This document shows positions 19,584 through 29,136 of a stretch of DNA of 64,000 nucleotides, piece after piece. Made by a program: the position numbers and the translations under genes. This stretch comes from Bacillota bacterium. Its GTDB lineage: Bacteria > Bacillota > Dethiobacteria > DTU022. Under the pieces are notes generated by a model that was given only the letters and a program-made list of their open reading frames with translations, was not told the origin of the DNA and made no database searches. The stretch covers positions 2,107 through 66,106 of the forward strand of contig JAHYJM010000002.1 of assembly GCA_019428945.1 (NCBI GenBank). Reading direction: 5' to 3'. How positions within the stretch are numbered: the stretch's first letter is position 1; each line of letters opens with the position of its first letter.

Positions 19584-20156
19584 TCAGGTCTGTATGTGCT
19601 CGTCGCTAATCAGGTGAAATATTGACTTGGTATCCGGATTAACATTGCCGAAAAAGATAAAGATTAAAATCTCTTCAATGAAACCTGCAATATAAATCAG
19701 GGCTACAATACGGACAAAAATTGTAACATCAAAAAAGAAAGATGAAACCAAGACAAAGTATACCATGACTGCATTCCATCGTAAAATAAAAGTATGCATC
19801 ATAACCGGACGTTTGAAGAGGATTCCTGAAAGTATAAAAGAAAAACCAAGTATAGAAAAAAATATAATCAGATAGACACTGTTAGCCGCTATAGCCTCCG
19901 GTTGTAATCGACTCAGGAAGTACGCTGAAGAGATGTAGAAAAAGAGATCCGCCAGTGAGTCAAGTTCCTTGCCGAAATGCGAAACCTGGTTGTACCTGCG
20001 GGCTATTAAACCATCAAAGAAATCGGTAGAGCCAATAATGATGTATGATATTAAAAAGAGCTGATCATATCCATAATGCAACATCAGGAATAATACTGGA
20101 AGCAAAATAATTCTGGACGCTGATAATATGTTTGGCACAGTAAGCCGAATTGCCAA
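19584..20156 (-). CDS. CDP-alcohol phosphatidyltransferase (PgsA-like).
   Basis: 190 aa. STDFFDGLIARRYNQVSHFGKELDSLADLFF matches the CDP-OH phosphatidyltransferase motif D-G-x2-A-R-x8-G-x3-D-x3-D. The protein is multi-TM. Confidence 0.7.
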   Translation of the reverse strand: MAIRLTVPNILSASRIILLPVLFLMLHYGYDQLFLISYIIIGSTDFFDGLIARRYNQVSHFGKELDSLADLFFYISSAYFLSRLQPEAIAANSVYLIIFFSILGFSFILSGILFKRPVMMHTFILRWNAVMVYFVLVSSFFFDVTIFVRIVALIYIAGFIEEILIFIFFGNVNPDTKSIFHLISDEHIQT

Positions 20157-20241
20157 TAGATTCCCTCCCGGTAAGCTCGATGGCTAATTTTATCATAGTA
20201 TAGCTTATAGGGCTATATGCCGACTTATTTTCACGCACTTC

Positions 20242-21987
20242 CTATAAAAAGCTGAAGTTGTCAACATCAAATAATCCGCGATCCGTTATCTTCAGTGAAG
20301 GGATCACCGGTAAAGCCAGAAAGGAGAGTGTCAGAAATGGATGAGGCAGTTTTGCGCCCAGTTCTGAAGCAGCTTTCAGGATAGAATCCATTTCACCAGC
20401 CACCTCTTCAGCCGTTTTAAGCGACATCAATCCTCCGATTTCAAGGGGTAGGAATGATTTTATCTCTCCCCTGCCGCCAACGGCTATAAACCCTCCGCCT
20501 GCATCAGCCAGCTTGTTTACTGCAACTGCCATCGCAGACTCCTCAACCCCTACAACGATTATATTATGAGAATCGTGGGCAACACTTGATGCAAGCGCCC
20601 CCTCTTTAAGCCCTATACCTTGCACCAGGGCTACTGCCATCCGTCCGCTGGCATGGTGTCTTTCAATTACCGCAATTTTATTCAACCCGGAATCAGGATC
20701 AACCCGCAGAGATCCATCTTTTCCCGGTTCAACCTTTACAGATAATTTTTCTGTTATGAGCTGGCCCGGCACAACTCCTATGACAGGCATAGTTTTAGAT
20801 CTGACCGAAATTTTAAAATCGCTTTCTGTTAACGGTTGTTTTACTTTTACCGAGTTGAGCGCTTCACCAGGTGGTAAAAAGCGTGATTGTGAAAATTCGG
20901 GCCTTCCCTGCCTGGAAACGATCTTACCGTTTTTTACAACCAGCACTACTTCGAAATCCTTAAGATCTTTTATAACAGCAAGATCTGCTGTATAGCCGGG
21001 CGCGATTAGCCCTCGATCAAATAAACGGTAATGGCGGGCAGGGTTAAAGGTGGCAATCCTAATCGCCAGATAAGGATCTGCCCCCATTGATACCGCTCTT
21101 TTCAGAAGATCATTGAGATGGCCTTTCCCCAAAAGTTCAGCTGCCTCCCGATCATCACTGCCAAACATAAATGAGTCTACATTGGTTTGATTAACAAGGG
21201 GTATAAGCTCCCCTAAGCTGGACGAAGCTGAACCATGTCTGATTATAATCTTCATTCCGGATTTTAATTTCTCAAGAGCTTCGTTTGCAGTAAGACATTC
21301 ATGATCAGTGCCGATACCCGCGGACAGGTAAGCCTGCAAATCATTGCCCGTTAAACCGGGGGCATGCCCATCGACAACTTTGCCAACCTCATGTGCGGCA
21401 GCTAACTTATTCATTACTGACTTTTCTGCATTAATTACTCCGGGGTAATTCATCATTTCTCCAAGCCCCACCACTCTGGGATGTTTAAGTTTACCCCTAA
21501 TTTGATCTGCATTAATCTTACCACCGGCTGTTTCCATATCGGTTGAGGGAACACAGGATGGCACGGTGAAGAAAAAATCTACCGGTAAGTCTTTGGATGC
21601 ATCGAGCATCATTTTTACACCCTTAATCCCCATGACATTTCCAATTTCATGGGGATCATTTATTACTGCAGTCGTACCATTAACAATTAAAATACGCGCC
21701 AGTTCCGGCGGAAACAGCAGAGTACTCTCGATGTGCAGGTGAGCATCTATAAATCCGGGTGCTACATAAGCTCCGTTTAAATCAATTATTTCATTACCGC
21801 TTTTATATGTTTCTCCTATAGCAGCTATGTAGCCCTGATGAAGCGCAATATTGGTCTTGGCTGCTTTCCCTGTAAAAAAGTTAATCAGTCTGGCATTTTT
21901 AAGCAGCAGATCGGCAGGCTGTTCACCACGGGCGACAGCCATCCTCTCACTTAATACGCCCGGATAACTTTCATTATCGACAAACAT
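20242..21987 (-). CDS. ade: Adenine deaminase.
   Basis: 581 aa. ...LNGAYVAPGFIDAHLHIESTLL identifies the amidohydrolase adenine deaminase family. Confidence 0.85.
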   Translation of the reverse strand: MFVDNESYPGVLSERMAVARGEQPADLLLKNARLINFFTGKAAKTNIALHQGYIAAIGETYKSGNEIIDLNGAYVAPGFIDAHLHIESTLLFPPELARILIVNGTTAVINDPHEIGNVMGIKGVKMMLDASKDLPVDFFFTVPSCVPSTDMETAGGKINADQIRGKLKHPRVVGLGEMMNYPGVINAEKSVMNKLAAAHEVGKVVDGHAPGLTGNDLQAYLSAGIGTDHECLTANEALEKLKSGMKIIIRHGSASSSLGELIPLVNQTNVDSFMFGSDDREAAELLGKGHLNDLLKRAVSMGADPYLAIRIATFNPARHYRLFDRGLIAPGYTADLAVIKDLKDFEVVLVVKNGKIVSRQGRPEFSQSRFLPPGEALNSVKVKQPLTESDFKISVRSKTMPVIGVVPGQLITEKLSVKVEPGKDGSLRVDPDSGLNKIAVIERHHASGRMAVALVQGIGLKEGALASSVAHDSHNIIVVGVEESAMAVAVNKLADAGGGFIAVGGRGEIKSFLPLEIGGLMSLKTAEEVAGEMDSILKAASELGAKLPHPFLTLSFLALPVIPSLKITDRGLFDVDNFSFL

Positions 21988-22261
21988 TATCAGCCCTCCT
22001 GTTCAAGATCAAATAATTTCAGTACCATAATTTCAATACCAATGATCAATACATCAACCACTTGCACGCTTATGATAATGGAATAATAAACTCTTTTAGA
22101 GCCATTCTGATAAACGAATAATCATATCTGCAGCTCCACCTTTTTTAGCGATCCGGTTATTTTTATGTTATTCTCTATTTAAGCTTTTATCCCTCCGAAA
22201 TTGAGGGACAATAATCATCAAACCCATTTTAACAGAGGTTTAAACCGAGGGAGGTTTTCTG

Positions 22262-23653
22262 TTGAAGAGCAGGAATCAATACGCCGAGCCGTTCAGGATT
22301 AAGATGATCGAACCAATCAGACAAAAAGACCGTGAAACAAGAAATCGCTTAATTGAAGCAGCTGGCTATAATGTATTTAATTTAAAAGCAGAAGATGTCT
22401 ATATCGACCTCTTAACTGACAGTGGAACATCAGCAATGAGCGCCAACCAATGGGCCGGTATGATGCTTGGCGATGAATCATATGCCGGCTGCTCAAACTT
22501 CTTCAACCTCCAGCAAACATTGGAAGAAATAATCGGGTATAAATACATTGTACCGACTCACCAGGGCAGAGCAGCTGAAAATATTCTGATGTCAATGTTC
22601 GTTCAAAAAAACCAGGAAATTCCAGGCAATATGCACTTTGATACTACAGAGGGGCACATACGTCTGAGGAAAGCTCTGCCGGTAAACCTGGTAATTGATG
22701 AAGGTCTCAAAATTGAGAGTAATTATCCTTTTAAAGGAAATATAAACCTGGAAAAACTTGAAAAGAAACTTGCAGAAAGCAGCCGCGATGAAATACCGAT
22801 GATAATAATGACAGTTACTTGTAACAGCAATGGCGGGCAACCTGTGGCTATGGACAACATTCGGAAAGCTTCAGAATTGGCAAAAAAATATCAGCGCCCC
22901 CTTTTTATCGACGCCGCACGTTTTGCCGAAAACTGCTATTTTATCAAGCAGAGGGACATAGCTTACAAAGATATCTCTATTCGTGATATAGCCCGTGAAA
23001 TGTTTTCTTATGCGGATGGCTGTACAATGAGCTCAAAAAAAGATGCACTTGTAAATATTGGGGGATTTTTAGCTTTTAAGAATAATGAAGAATGGTATGA
23101 AAAAGCTGTGCAGATTCAAATATGTTACGAGGGATTTCGTACATATGGCGGACTGGCAGGCCGTGATCTGGAAGCTCTTGCCCGTGGACTTTTAGAAGGT
23201 ATAGAGGAAGATTACCTGGAAGATCGTATCGGGCAGGTTCATTATCTTGCAAACCTACTGACAAAGTTAGGTGTACCTGTCATTAAACCGACAGGAGGGC
23301 ATGGTGTTTTCATCGATGCGAAAAGTTACTTACCACACCTGCCGCAATCAAAACTTCCAGCCCAGGCGCTGGTAGTTGAATTATACCGTGAGGCCGGAAT
23401 TAGAGGAGTAGAACTCGGCACCTGCGCTTTCGGATATGTTGATCCCCAGACCGGAAATGAAATACAGCCTGCACAGGAGCTGGTACGACTCGCTATACCG
23501 CGCAGAGTCTACAGCGACAGGCATATGCAGCTTGTGGCCAACGCTTTCAGCAGTATCAATGCAAGGAAAGAAAAGATCAAAGGACTAAAAATAACTTACC
23601 AAACCGAGATTATGCGGCATTTCACCGCCCGCTTCAGTCCTGCTGATAGTTAA
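22262..23653 (+). CDS. Beta-eliminating lyase: tryptophanase or tyrosine phenol-lyase (TnaA/Tpl family).
   Basis: 463 aa. There is a TTG start with a GAGGGAGG RBS. The sequence AEPFRIKMIEP...DLLTDSGTSAMS...FSYADGCTMSSKKDALVNIGGFL...HFTARF is alignable along its whole length with E. coli TnaA and with TPL. Confidence 0.85.
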   Translation: MKSRNQYAEPFRIKMIEPIRQKDRETRNRLIEAAGYNVFNLKAEDVYIDLLTDSGTSAMSANQWAGMMLGDESYAGCSNFFNLQQTLEEIIGYKYIVPTHQGRAAENILMSMFVQKNQEIPGNMHFDTTEGHIRLRKALPVNLVIDEGLKIESNYPFKGNINLEKLEKKLAESSRDEIPMIIMTVTCNSNGGQPVAMDNIRKASELAKKYQRPLFIDAARFAENCYFIKQRDIAYKDISIRDIAREMFSYADGCTMSSKKDALVNIGGFLAFKNNEEWYEKAVQIQICYEGFRTYGGLAGRDLEALARGLLEGIEEDYLEDRIGQVHYLANLLTKLGVPVIKPTGGHGVFIDAKSYLPHLPQSKLPAQALVVELYREAGIRGVELGTCAFGYVDPQTGNEIQPAQELVRLAIPRRVYSDRHMQLVANAFSSINARKEKIKGLKITYQTEIMRHFTARFSPADS

Positions 23654-23686
23654 ACCCGGCGGTAATGATAAATTTAAAGAAAAAAT

Positions 23687-24562
23687 TCATACTGTCCATG
23701 TAGCTATATGATGCAAACCCGGCAAGTGAGGAGCCGGCATATTAACCTGCCATCTGCCGGGCAACCTGTATTCACGGGCAGCTAATTCAAAGTGACACAT
23801 GGCTATTCCCATGTCAATAAACTGCATCCTGAACTTACCCATGATCCTGTTGTAAAGCTTATTTTCTTTTAAGTACAAATGATAACAGTCACCAGAGTTT
23901 CTGGTTATTCTCCAGGGTTGGCGGTTTGATGCTGAAGGGCCGATGCGCACAGCCTCTAATACGTCATGAAACTTGTCTGCCTCTTCTTTGTCAAGCGCTG
24001 TTTTCCCATCAGAAGAGAAAAATAACTGATCCCATGGTTTCCTTGTCTTAGAACCGGCACCAAACCGCAAAACTCGATCAGCAGTTGATTGTTCCTCTGC
24101 CGGATATCCAACAGGCGCTATTGCCGGAAGCATTTCATCTGCCCCTAAATTCATCTTTGCTGCAAATGAACCTCTTCTAAAAGTTCCACCCAACCAACAT
24201 GTACCAAGATCCATAGAAGTTGCCTTAAGAATGATTTTTTCAAAGCAGTAACCAAAATCTTCGAGAGCCCCGGGACCTTCTCTGACAGCGCCCAGTATAT
24301 AGTGCTGAGCTCCCCGGATAATGCCATAGGTGCCAAGAGACCGAAGTTCTTCGTTACTAAGGAAGCTTAGATCCAGCAGCTTAAAACGAACTGCCACACC
24401 AAAGGGGCCGGATTCAATACTGTGACAGTACTTTCCAAGCTCATTAAAAAGATGACTTTCGATAGATTTATCGCTATAGCTCCGGACTGACCGGCGTCGC
24501 TTCATGATTTCGAAAGCTTTTTCCACCTGTTTATCACCTTTTTCTTTATAAAAAATACACAA
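23687..24562 (-). CDS. Nitroreductase-family protein (TM1586-like putative nitroreductase).
   Basis: 291 aa. The MKRRRSVRSYS motif and ...SNRQPWRI... are present. The real start may be the internal Met (MKRRRS). Confidence 0.65.
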   Translation of the reverse strand: MCIFYKEKGDKQVEKAFEIMKRRRSVRSYSDKSIESHLFNELGKYCHSIESGPFGVAVRFKLLDLSFLSNEELRSLGTYGIIRGAQHYILGAVREGPGALEDFGYCFEKIILKATSMDLGTCWLGGTFRRGSFAAKMNLGADEMLPAIAPVGYPAEEQSTADRVLRFGAGSKTRKPWDQLFFSSDGKTALDKEEADKFHDVLEAVRIGPSASNRQPWRITRNSGDCYHLYLKENKLYNRIMGKFRMQFIDMGIAMCHFELAAREYRLPGRWQVNMPAPHLPGLHHIATWTV

Positions 24563-24691
24563 ACCGGGTATACATATATTATAGCTGACGATATAAAAAA
24601 CATATACAGTCAGGATATAATATTTGATTAACCCGGCTGAAAGTGTACCAGCAGAGTAAAATAATTATTACCCAATGCTGTCAGTCTTTTG

Positions 24692-24931
24692 CTAATCTTT
24701 CTTGAACATACTAACCACAAGCGCAATAACAAGACCTACACCAAAACCGCCAATCAGGCCGTTTGTGTGGAAGTATAGAACTCCGAGCAGCGGAAAAACA
24801 GTAAAACCGATTACTACTAAGATCAAAGGTAATATCTTTAAACCGAAAATAACAATCCATCCCTTCAATTTTATATTCTGTACTGCAAAAAAGGCTGTGA
24901 TGGCTGCAGTCCTTCCTGCAGGCACAGCCAA
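24692..24931 (-). CDS. Hypothetical small membrane protein (about 79 aa, 2 TM).
   Basis: A hydrophobic ORF, ...WIVIFGLKILPLILVVIGFTVFPLLGVLYFHTNGLIGGFGVGLVIALVV. It is co-directional with the nitroreductase gene and 130 bp upstream of it. The overlapping ORFs on other frames look non-coding. Confidence 0.3.
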   Translation of the reverse strand: MAVPAGRTAAITAFFAVQNIKLKGWIVIFGLKILPLILVVIGFTVFPLLGVLYFHTNGLIGGFGVGLVIALVVSMFKKD

Positions 24932-25203
24932 TACTTTCCATAATAAACATTTAACCTGGTTAATTATATTTTATATGATATTATTAGATATGGCAAAGCC
25001 GTCGATTCTTGTGAAACAATGCTACAAGCGGATTAGCTTCAATTATGGCTCATTTATTAAGGAATCCTTTGAAAAACTCAGCTATTTGATAGCAACTTAC
25101 TATCATGACCCCTAAAGCTCTACATTAAGAATTTACTGCCGTTTCCGGGCTTAGGGCAATGAACCTTGCCGGTAAATAAAACTTATTGAGAAAGGAGATT
25201 TGA

Positions 25204-26076
25204 ATGAAGGTTAATTCAGATATTGTCGGTAAAAAATTAAGTGAGTTTATCACCTTTGTAGATCAGCGGAAAATCTGCAATTATGCAGCAGCAGTGAGTG
25301 ATCCCAATCCTTTTTATCTGGACGACCAGCGCCGGGATGGACTAATTGCACCGCCAACCCTGGCCGCGGCTATAACCTGGCCGCTTCTTAATAATATTTA
25401 TGACTACATTGATCTCGGGTATCCACCTGAAATAATCTTTAATATTGTCCATTACTCTGAATATCTGGAACTACACCGCCCTTTGAGACCGGGGGATAAG
25501 GTTATCATTAACGGAGAGGTGGCAGCTGTCCTGCCGGAAAAACGGGGAGCCCACATTATATTTAAACTACCAGCTGTAGATAAAAATGGTGATCCACTTT
25601 TTACAGAATATATCGGTGGGATGCTGCGTGGAATAGAATGTGCCGATCAGGGTAGAAGCTTAGAATCATTGCCGATCACACCATCAAACCCGACTGATCA
25701 TACAGTACTTTGGGAGGTTGCTGTGCCTATTCCCCGTGAAGCCTGCTATATTTATGAAGGATGCGCGAATGTTCCTTTTCCCATACATACCTCGCCTGCC
25801 TTTGCTCTCAGTGTTGGCCTGCCGGATATTATTTATTATGGTATTGCATCACTTGCACATGCCGTTCGCGAACTTGTCAATCGTGAAAACGGGGCGAATC
25901 CATCTAGCATTAAAACAATTGCCTGCCGCTTCAGAGGCATGGTCCTCCCTGACAGTTTTATTCGGATCCAGTTAACCGGAAGAAGCCTAAAGGATAACTG
26001 TAGTAACCTCTTTTTCCGGGTGCTGAACAGGGAGGGAAAAGAAACAGTAAGTGAAGGGTTTATGTCCTGCGAATAG
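25204..26076 (+). CDS. MaoC-like (R)-hydratase/dehydratase with a double hot-dog fold (MaoC_dehydrat_N plus MaoC_dehydratase).
   Basis: 290 aa. The N-terminus ...ICNYAAAVSDPNPFYLDD is an N-terminal hot-dog signature, and a C-terminal hot-dog domain follows. Confidence 0.65.
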   Translation: MKVNSDIVGKKLSEFITFVDQRKICNYAAAVSDPNPFYLDDQRRDGLIAPPTLAAAITWPLLNNIYDYIDLGYPPEIIFNIVHYSEYLELHRPLRPGDKVIINGEVAAVLPEKRGAHIIFKLPAVDKNGDPLFTEYIGGMLRGIECADQGRSLESLPITPSNPTDHTVLWEVAVPIPREACYIYEGCANVPFPIHTSPAFALSVGLPDIIYYGIASLAHAVRELVNRENGANPSSIKTIACRFRGMVLPDSFIRIQLTGRSLKDNCSNLFFRVLNREGKETVSEGFMSCE

Positions 26077-26190
26077 CACAATTTTCATCAACCCAGACTG
26101 AAGGGAAGGATTAAACCCCCTTTAGTAGAAATTAAAGATTAAGCAGATTACAGCAAAAGCATCTAATTTATTTTAACAGGAGGGAACGCT

Positions 26191-27891
26191 TTGAACGATA
26201 CTAGTTGGAAGCTACCGCTGCTAAATTCATACATTGAGAAGTGGGCCAAAGAATCACCTGAAAAACCGGCCTTAATCCAGCATGAAGATGACAAAACCAT
26301 CACTTATAAAAAATTTAATTCACTGGTCGACTTCTTCGCTCTGCGCCTGCTCGACATGGGTATTAAAAAAGGTGATCGGGTTGCAACGATGCTGGTACTT
26401 GTTCCCGAGCATGTGTTACTCATGTATGCCTGCTTTAAAATTGGAGCTATCGTGGCTCCTCTTGATGTCCGCCTGAAAGAAATGGAGGTCGTTCGTGATC
26501 TCGAAAAGATTAAACCGAAAGCATTTTTCTTCCTTGGGAAAACACCTTTGATCGATTTTCGTGAAATGGGTAAAGCCGTCCGGGATAACTGCACTTCTGT
26601 AGAGCACCTGGTTCAATTTACACCTAATCCAGAGCCTGGTGATATCATCGATGGAGCTACCGCTATCACCGATATGATGGCTAAAGGCAAACTGTTAGGT
26701 CTAAAACTAAAAAATATTTTTACCCGCAATCTTGAAAAAGCTTATTCAAAAATTGATACAAAAACACCGGCGCTGATCATTTTTACAACCGGAACTACAG
26801 GAGAGCCGAAACCTGCTGTCATGTGTCATGAAAACATCATTGTCCAAAACGAAGTTCTTAAACGCGGGGTTGAACTTGACGGGAAAAATATGAAGATGTT
26901 GGTAAATCTGCCTCCAAGCCACGTCGGTTGTATTACAGAACAGTTAATGACTACCCTGTATCTCGGCGGAACTGCGGTAATTCTGCGTATTTTTGATCCA
27001 AAGCTTACTCTTGAGTCCATTGAAAAGCATAAAGTAAACATTTTTGGTCAAATTCCCACCCAATTCAGGATTGAATGGGCTCTTCCCGAATATAAAGACT
27101 ATGATTTAAACAGCCTGAATTACGCAATATATGGAGGCTCTGCAGTTGATACAGTTTTCCTGAGACAACTTTCAGAAATGGCACCCAATTTCGGGACTGG
27201 AATAGGGATGACAGAAACCGCCGGTTTTTATTCCTTTACACCTAGAGGAATCACTGTTGAAGAAATGGCCGGCCAGGTTGGAACCGCTTTTGAGGACTTG
27301 GCTCCTGTGTCAATTCGCAAACCTGTTCTGGAAGACGGCACCGCCGGCGAAGAACTTACAGATGGGGAAATCGGTGAAATATGTGTAAGCGGACCGATTG
27401 TATTTCAGGGTTATTATGGCATGCCAGAAGCAACAGACAAGGCAATTAGCAGGGATGGATGGCTTTACACAGGCGATATGGGCTACTTTAAGGATATGGG
27501 TTCATACCGGGCATTATATCTGGCGGGGAGACAAAAGTTTGTTATCAAACAGAAAGGTTACCAAGTCTTTCCCGACGAAGTGCAAGATTTTATTGCCTCT
27601 CACCCCAAGGTCGATGTTGTTGATGTTGTAGGTGTCAAACATAATATATTTGACGAAGGGATATTTGTTTTTATCCGACCCAAAAAAGGTGAAACACTCA
27701 CCGAAGATGAAATAATGAAGCACTGCCAGGGTATAGCTTCTTACAAACGCCCGCAGCATGTGGAAATATGGCCTGAAGACAGGGAGTTCCCCCTGACCAG
27801 GGTAGCTAAAGTTGATAAAAAAGAGTTAAAAGTGGTGGCAGAGTCGATCGTGGAAGAGCTGCGCAAAGAAGGTAAATGGGATGCCGGTTAA
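26191..27891 (+). CDS. AMP-dependent synthetase/ligase (acyl-CoA or aryl-CoA ligase).
   Basis: 566 aa. There is a TTG start with an AGGAGGGAA RBS. The AMP motif is IIFTTGTTGEPKPAVMCHENI, and YTGDMGYF...GRQKFVIK is also present. Confidence 0.8.
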   Translation: MNDTSWKLPLLNSYIEKWAKESPEKPALIQHEDDKTITYKKFNSLVDFFALRLLDMGIKKGDRVATMLVLVPEHVLLMYACFKIGAIVAPLDVRLKEMEVVRDLEKIKPKAFFFLGKTPLIDFREMGKAVRDNCTSVEHLVQFTPNPEPGDIIDGATAITDMMAKGKLLGLKLKNIFTRNLEKAYSKIDTKTPALIIFTTGTTGEPKPAVMCHENIIVQNEVLKRGVELDGKNMKMLVNLPPSHVGCITEQLMTTLYLGGTAVILRIFDPKLTLESIEKHKVNIFGQIPTQFRIEWALPEYKDYDLNSLNYAIYGGSAVDTVFLRQLSEMAPNFGTGIGMTETAGFYSFTPRGITVEEMAGQVGTAFEDLAPVSIRKPVLEDGTAGEELTDGEIGEICVSGPIVFQGYYGMPEATDKAISRDGWLYTGDMGYFKDMGSYRALYLAGRQKFVIKQKGYQVFPDEVQDFIASHPKVDVVDVVGVKHNIFDEGIFVFIRPKKGETLTEDEIMKHCQGIASYKRPQHVEIWPEDREFPLTRVAKVDKKELKVVAESIVEELRKEGKWDAG

Positions 27892-27929
27892 GCCTGATTA
27901 GCCAGCAACCTTAACCGCCGTACTAATGC

Positions 27930-27957
27930 AAAGCCGCCTGAATAAAGGCGGCTTTTT
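27930..27957. terminator. Bidirectional rho-independent terminator. It overlaps the apbE stop codon.
   Basis: aaagccgcc-tgaataaa-ggcggcttttt. Confidence 0.7.
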
Positions 27958-29044
27958 ATTGTTCAAGTTCATTTGACACTCCATAGCTGCGCAGCATATT
28001 TTTCATTCCATCGGTGATTTCTACACGGCCATCATGAAATACCCAGTAAACATCTACATTATCAAAACTATTCGCCAGAACCAGGCTCTCTTCGAAGGGG
28101 AGCAAAAATAGCGCGGTAGATAAAAAATCTGCCAGGGCCGCATCATCAGCTACTACTGTCAGCGCCCTGTAATATTCGCCGGGCATTAGGGTTACAGGAT
28201 CTATAATATGATGTAGAACCTGTCCGTTCACAACATAATAACGCTGGTAGTCGCCGCTGCTTACGACTGCTGCTTCCTGAACAAAAACAACATCCAGCAG
28301 TTTTTCTTCCTCATCCGATACTATAGAAGCGCTGGGATTTTGAATTCCGATTCCCCACTTTTCTCTGACACCATCAAGTGGCTTACCAATAGTTCTGATA
28401 TTTCCGCCAGGGCTGAGAACAGCTGAGTTCATACCCGCCGCTTCCATTTCAAGCGCCACCAGCTCAGTTGCAAATCCTTTTGCTACAGCACCCACGTCAA
28501 GGCTCATCCGCGAATCGGGCAAATATACTGTGTTGTTTTCAGCATCAACGATCACCTGATCAATATCAGTATGCTCTGCAGCTTCCCTGAGATCAGCCAT
28601 AGGAGGCAGCATGGCGTTAGCCGGATCTAATTCGGCCTCACTGCGATAGTAGTGCCAGATTCTCAGCACAGGACCCATGGCAATATTAGTTGTCTCACCT
28701 GTGCGAGCATACATGTCCTTTGAATATAAGATCAGGTCGATAATCTCACGTTCAACCTGAACCGGTTTTATTCCGGCATTATCATTAATTGTTTTAATAT
28801 TATTGATACCGTCATAGCTTAAATAAATATTATACAACTTATGCAGCTCAAGAAATCGAGCATGTATTAGTTCCATATAACGATCAAACTCATCTTCGCT
28901 ATCTGTATAAGCTACAACCTGCACCAGTGTATCGAATGTATCAAAAAATGATTCTGTATATCTTGTTTTTTCTGTCTGCGGATTGCTGGTACATCCGGCA
29001 ACTATAAAAAGAGCAATCAGCAGCAGCACAAATCTTGTTCTCAT
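27956..29044 (-). CDS. apbE: FAD:protein FMN transferase (ApbE family lipoprotein).
   Basis: 362 aa. The lipobox is LFIVAGC. The ApbE-family core ...AVAKGFATELVALEM...SSGDYQRY... is present. Confidence 0.85.
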   Translation of the reverse strand: MRTRFVLLLIALFIVAGCTSNPQTEKTRYTESFFDTFDTLVQVVAYTDSEDEFDRYMELIHARFLELHKLYNIYLSYDGINNIKTINDNAGIKPVQVEREIIDLILYSKDMYARTGETTNIAMGPVLRIWHYYRSEAELDPANAMLPPMADLREAAEHTDIDQVIVDAENNTVYLPDSRMSLDVGAVAKGFATELVALEMEAAGMNSAVLSPGGNIRTIGKPLDGVREKWGIGIQNPSASIVSDEEEKLLDVVFVQEAAVVSSGDYQRYYVVNGQVLHHIIDPVTLMPGEYYRALTVVADDAALADFLSTALFLLPFEESLVLANSFDNVDVYWVFHDGRVEITDGMKNMLRSYGVSNELEQ

Positions 29045-29136
29045 ATTTTATCCCTTCGTGGACAACCATCTATGATCAAGAAACACTCCCCCACCAAAGG
29101 CAGGGGAGCATTTAAAGATCATGACAATCCGGTTTT

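Noticed and set aside
22100-22261. A TnaC-like leader peptide upstream of the tryptophanase-like gene.
   Set aside because: The only short ORFs there (MLFSI*, ME*) have no Trp codon and no RBS.
24702-25115. The 137-aa plus-strand ORF and the 79-aa minus-strand ORF (24711-24950) overlapping the small membrane-protein ORF.
   Set aside because: Both have low-complexity, basic, non-protein-like composition (KPKITIHPFNF..., CACRKDCSHH...). Only the hydrophobic 24692-24931 minus-strand frame looks coding, and even that is low confidence.
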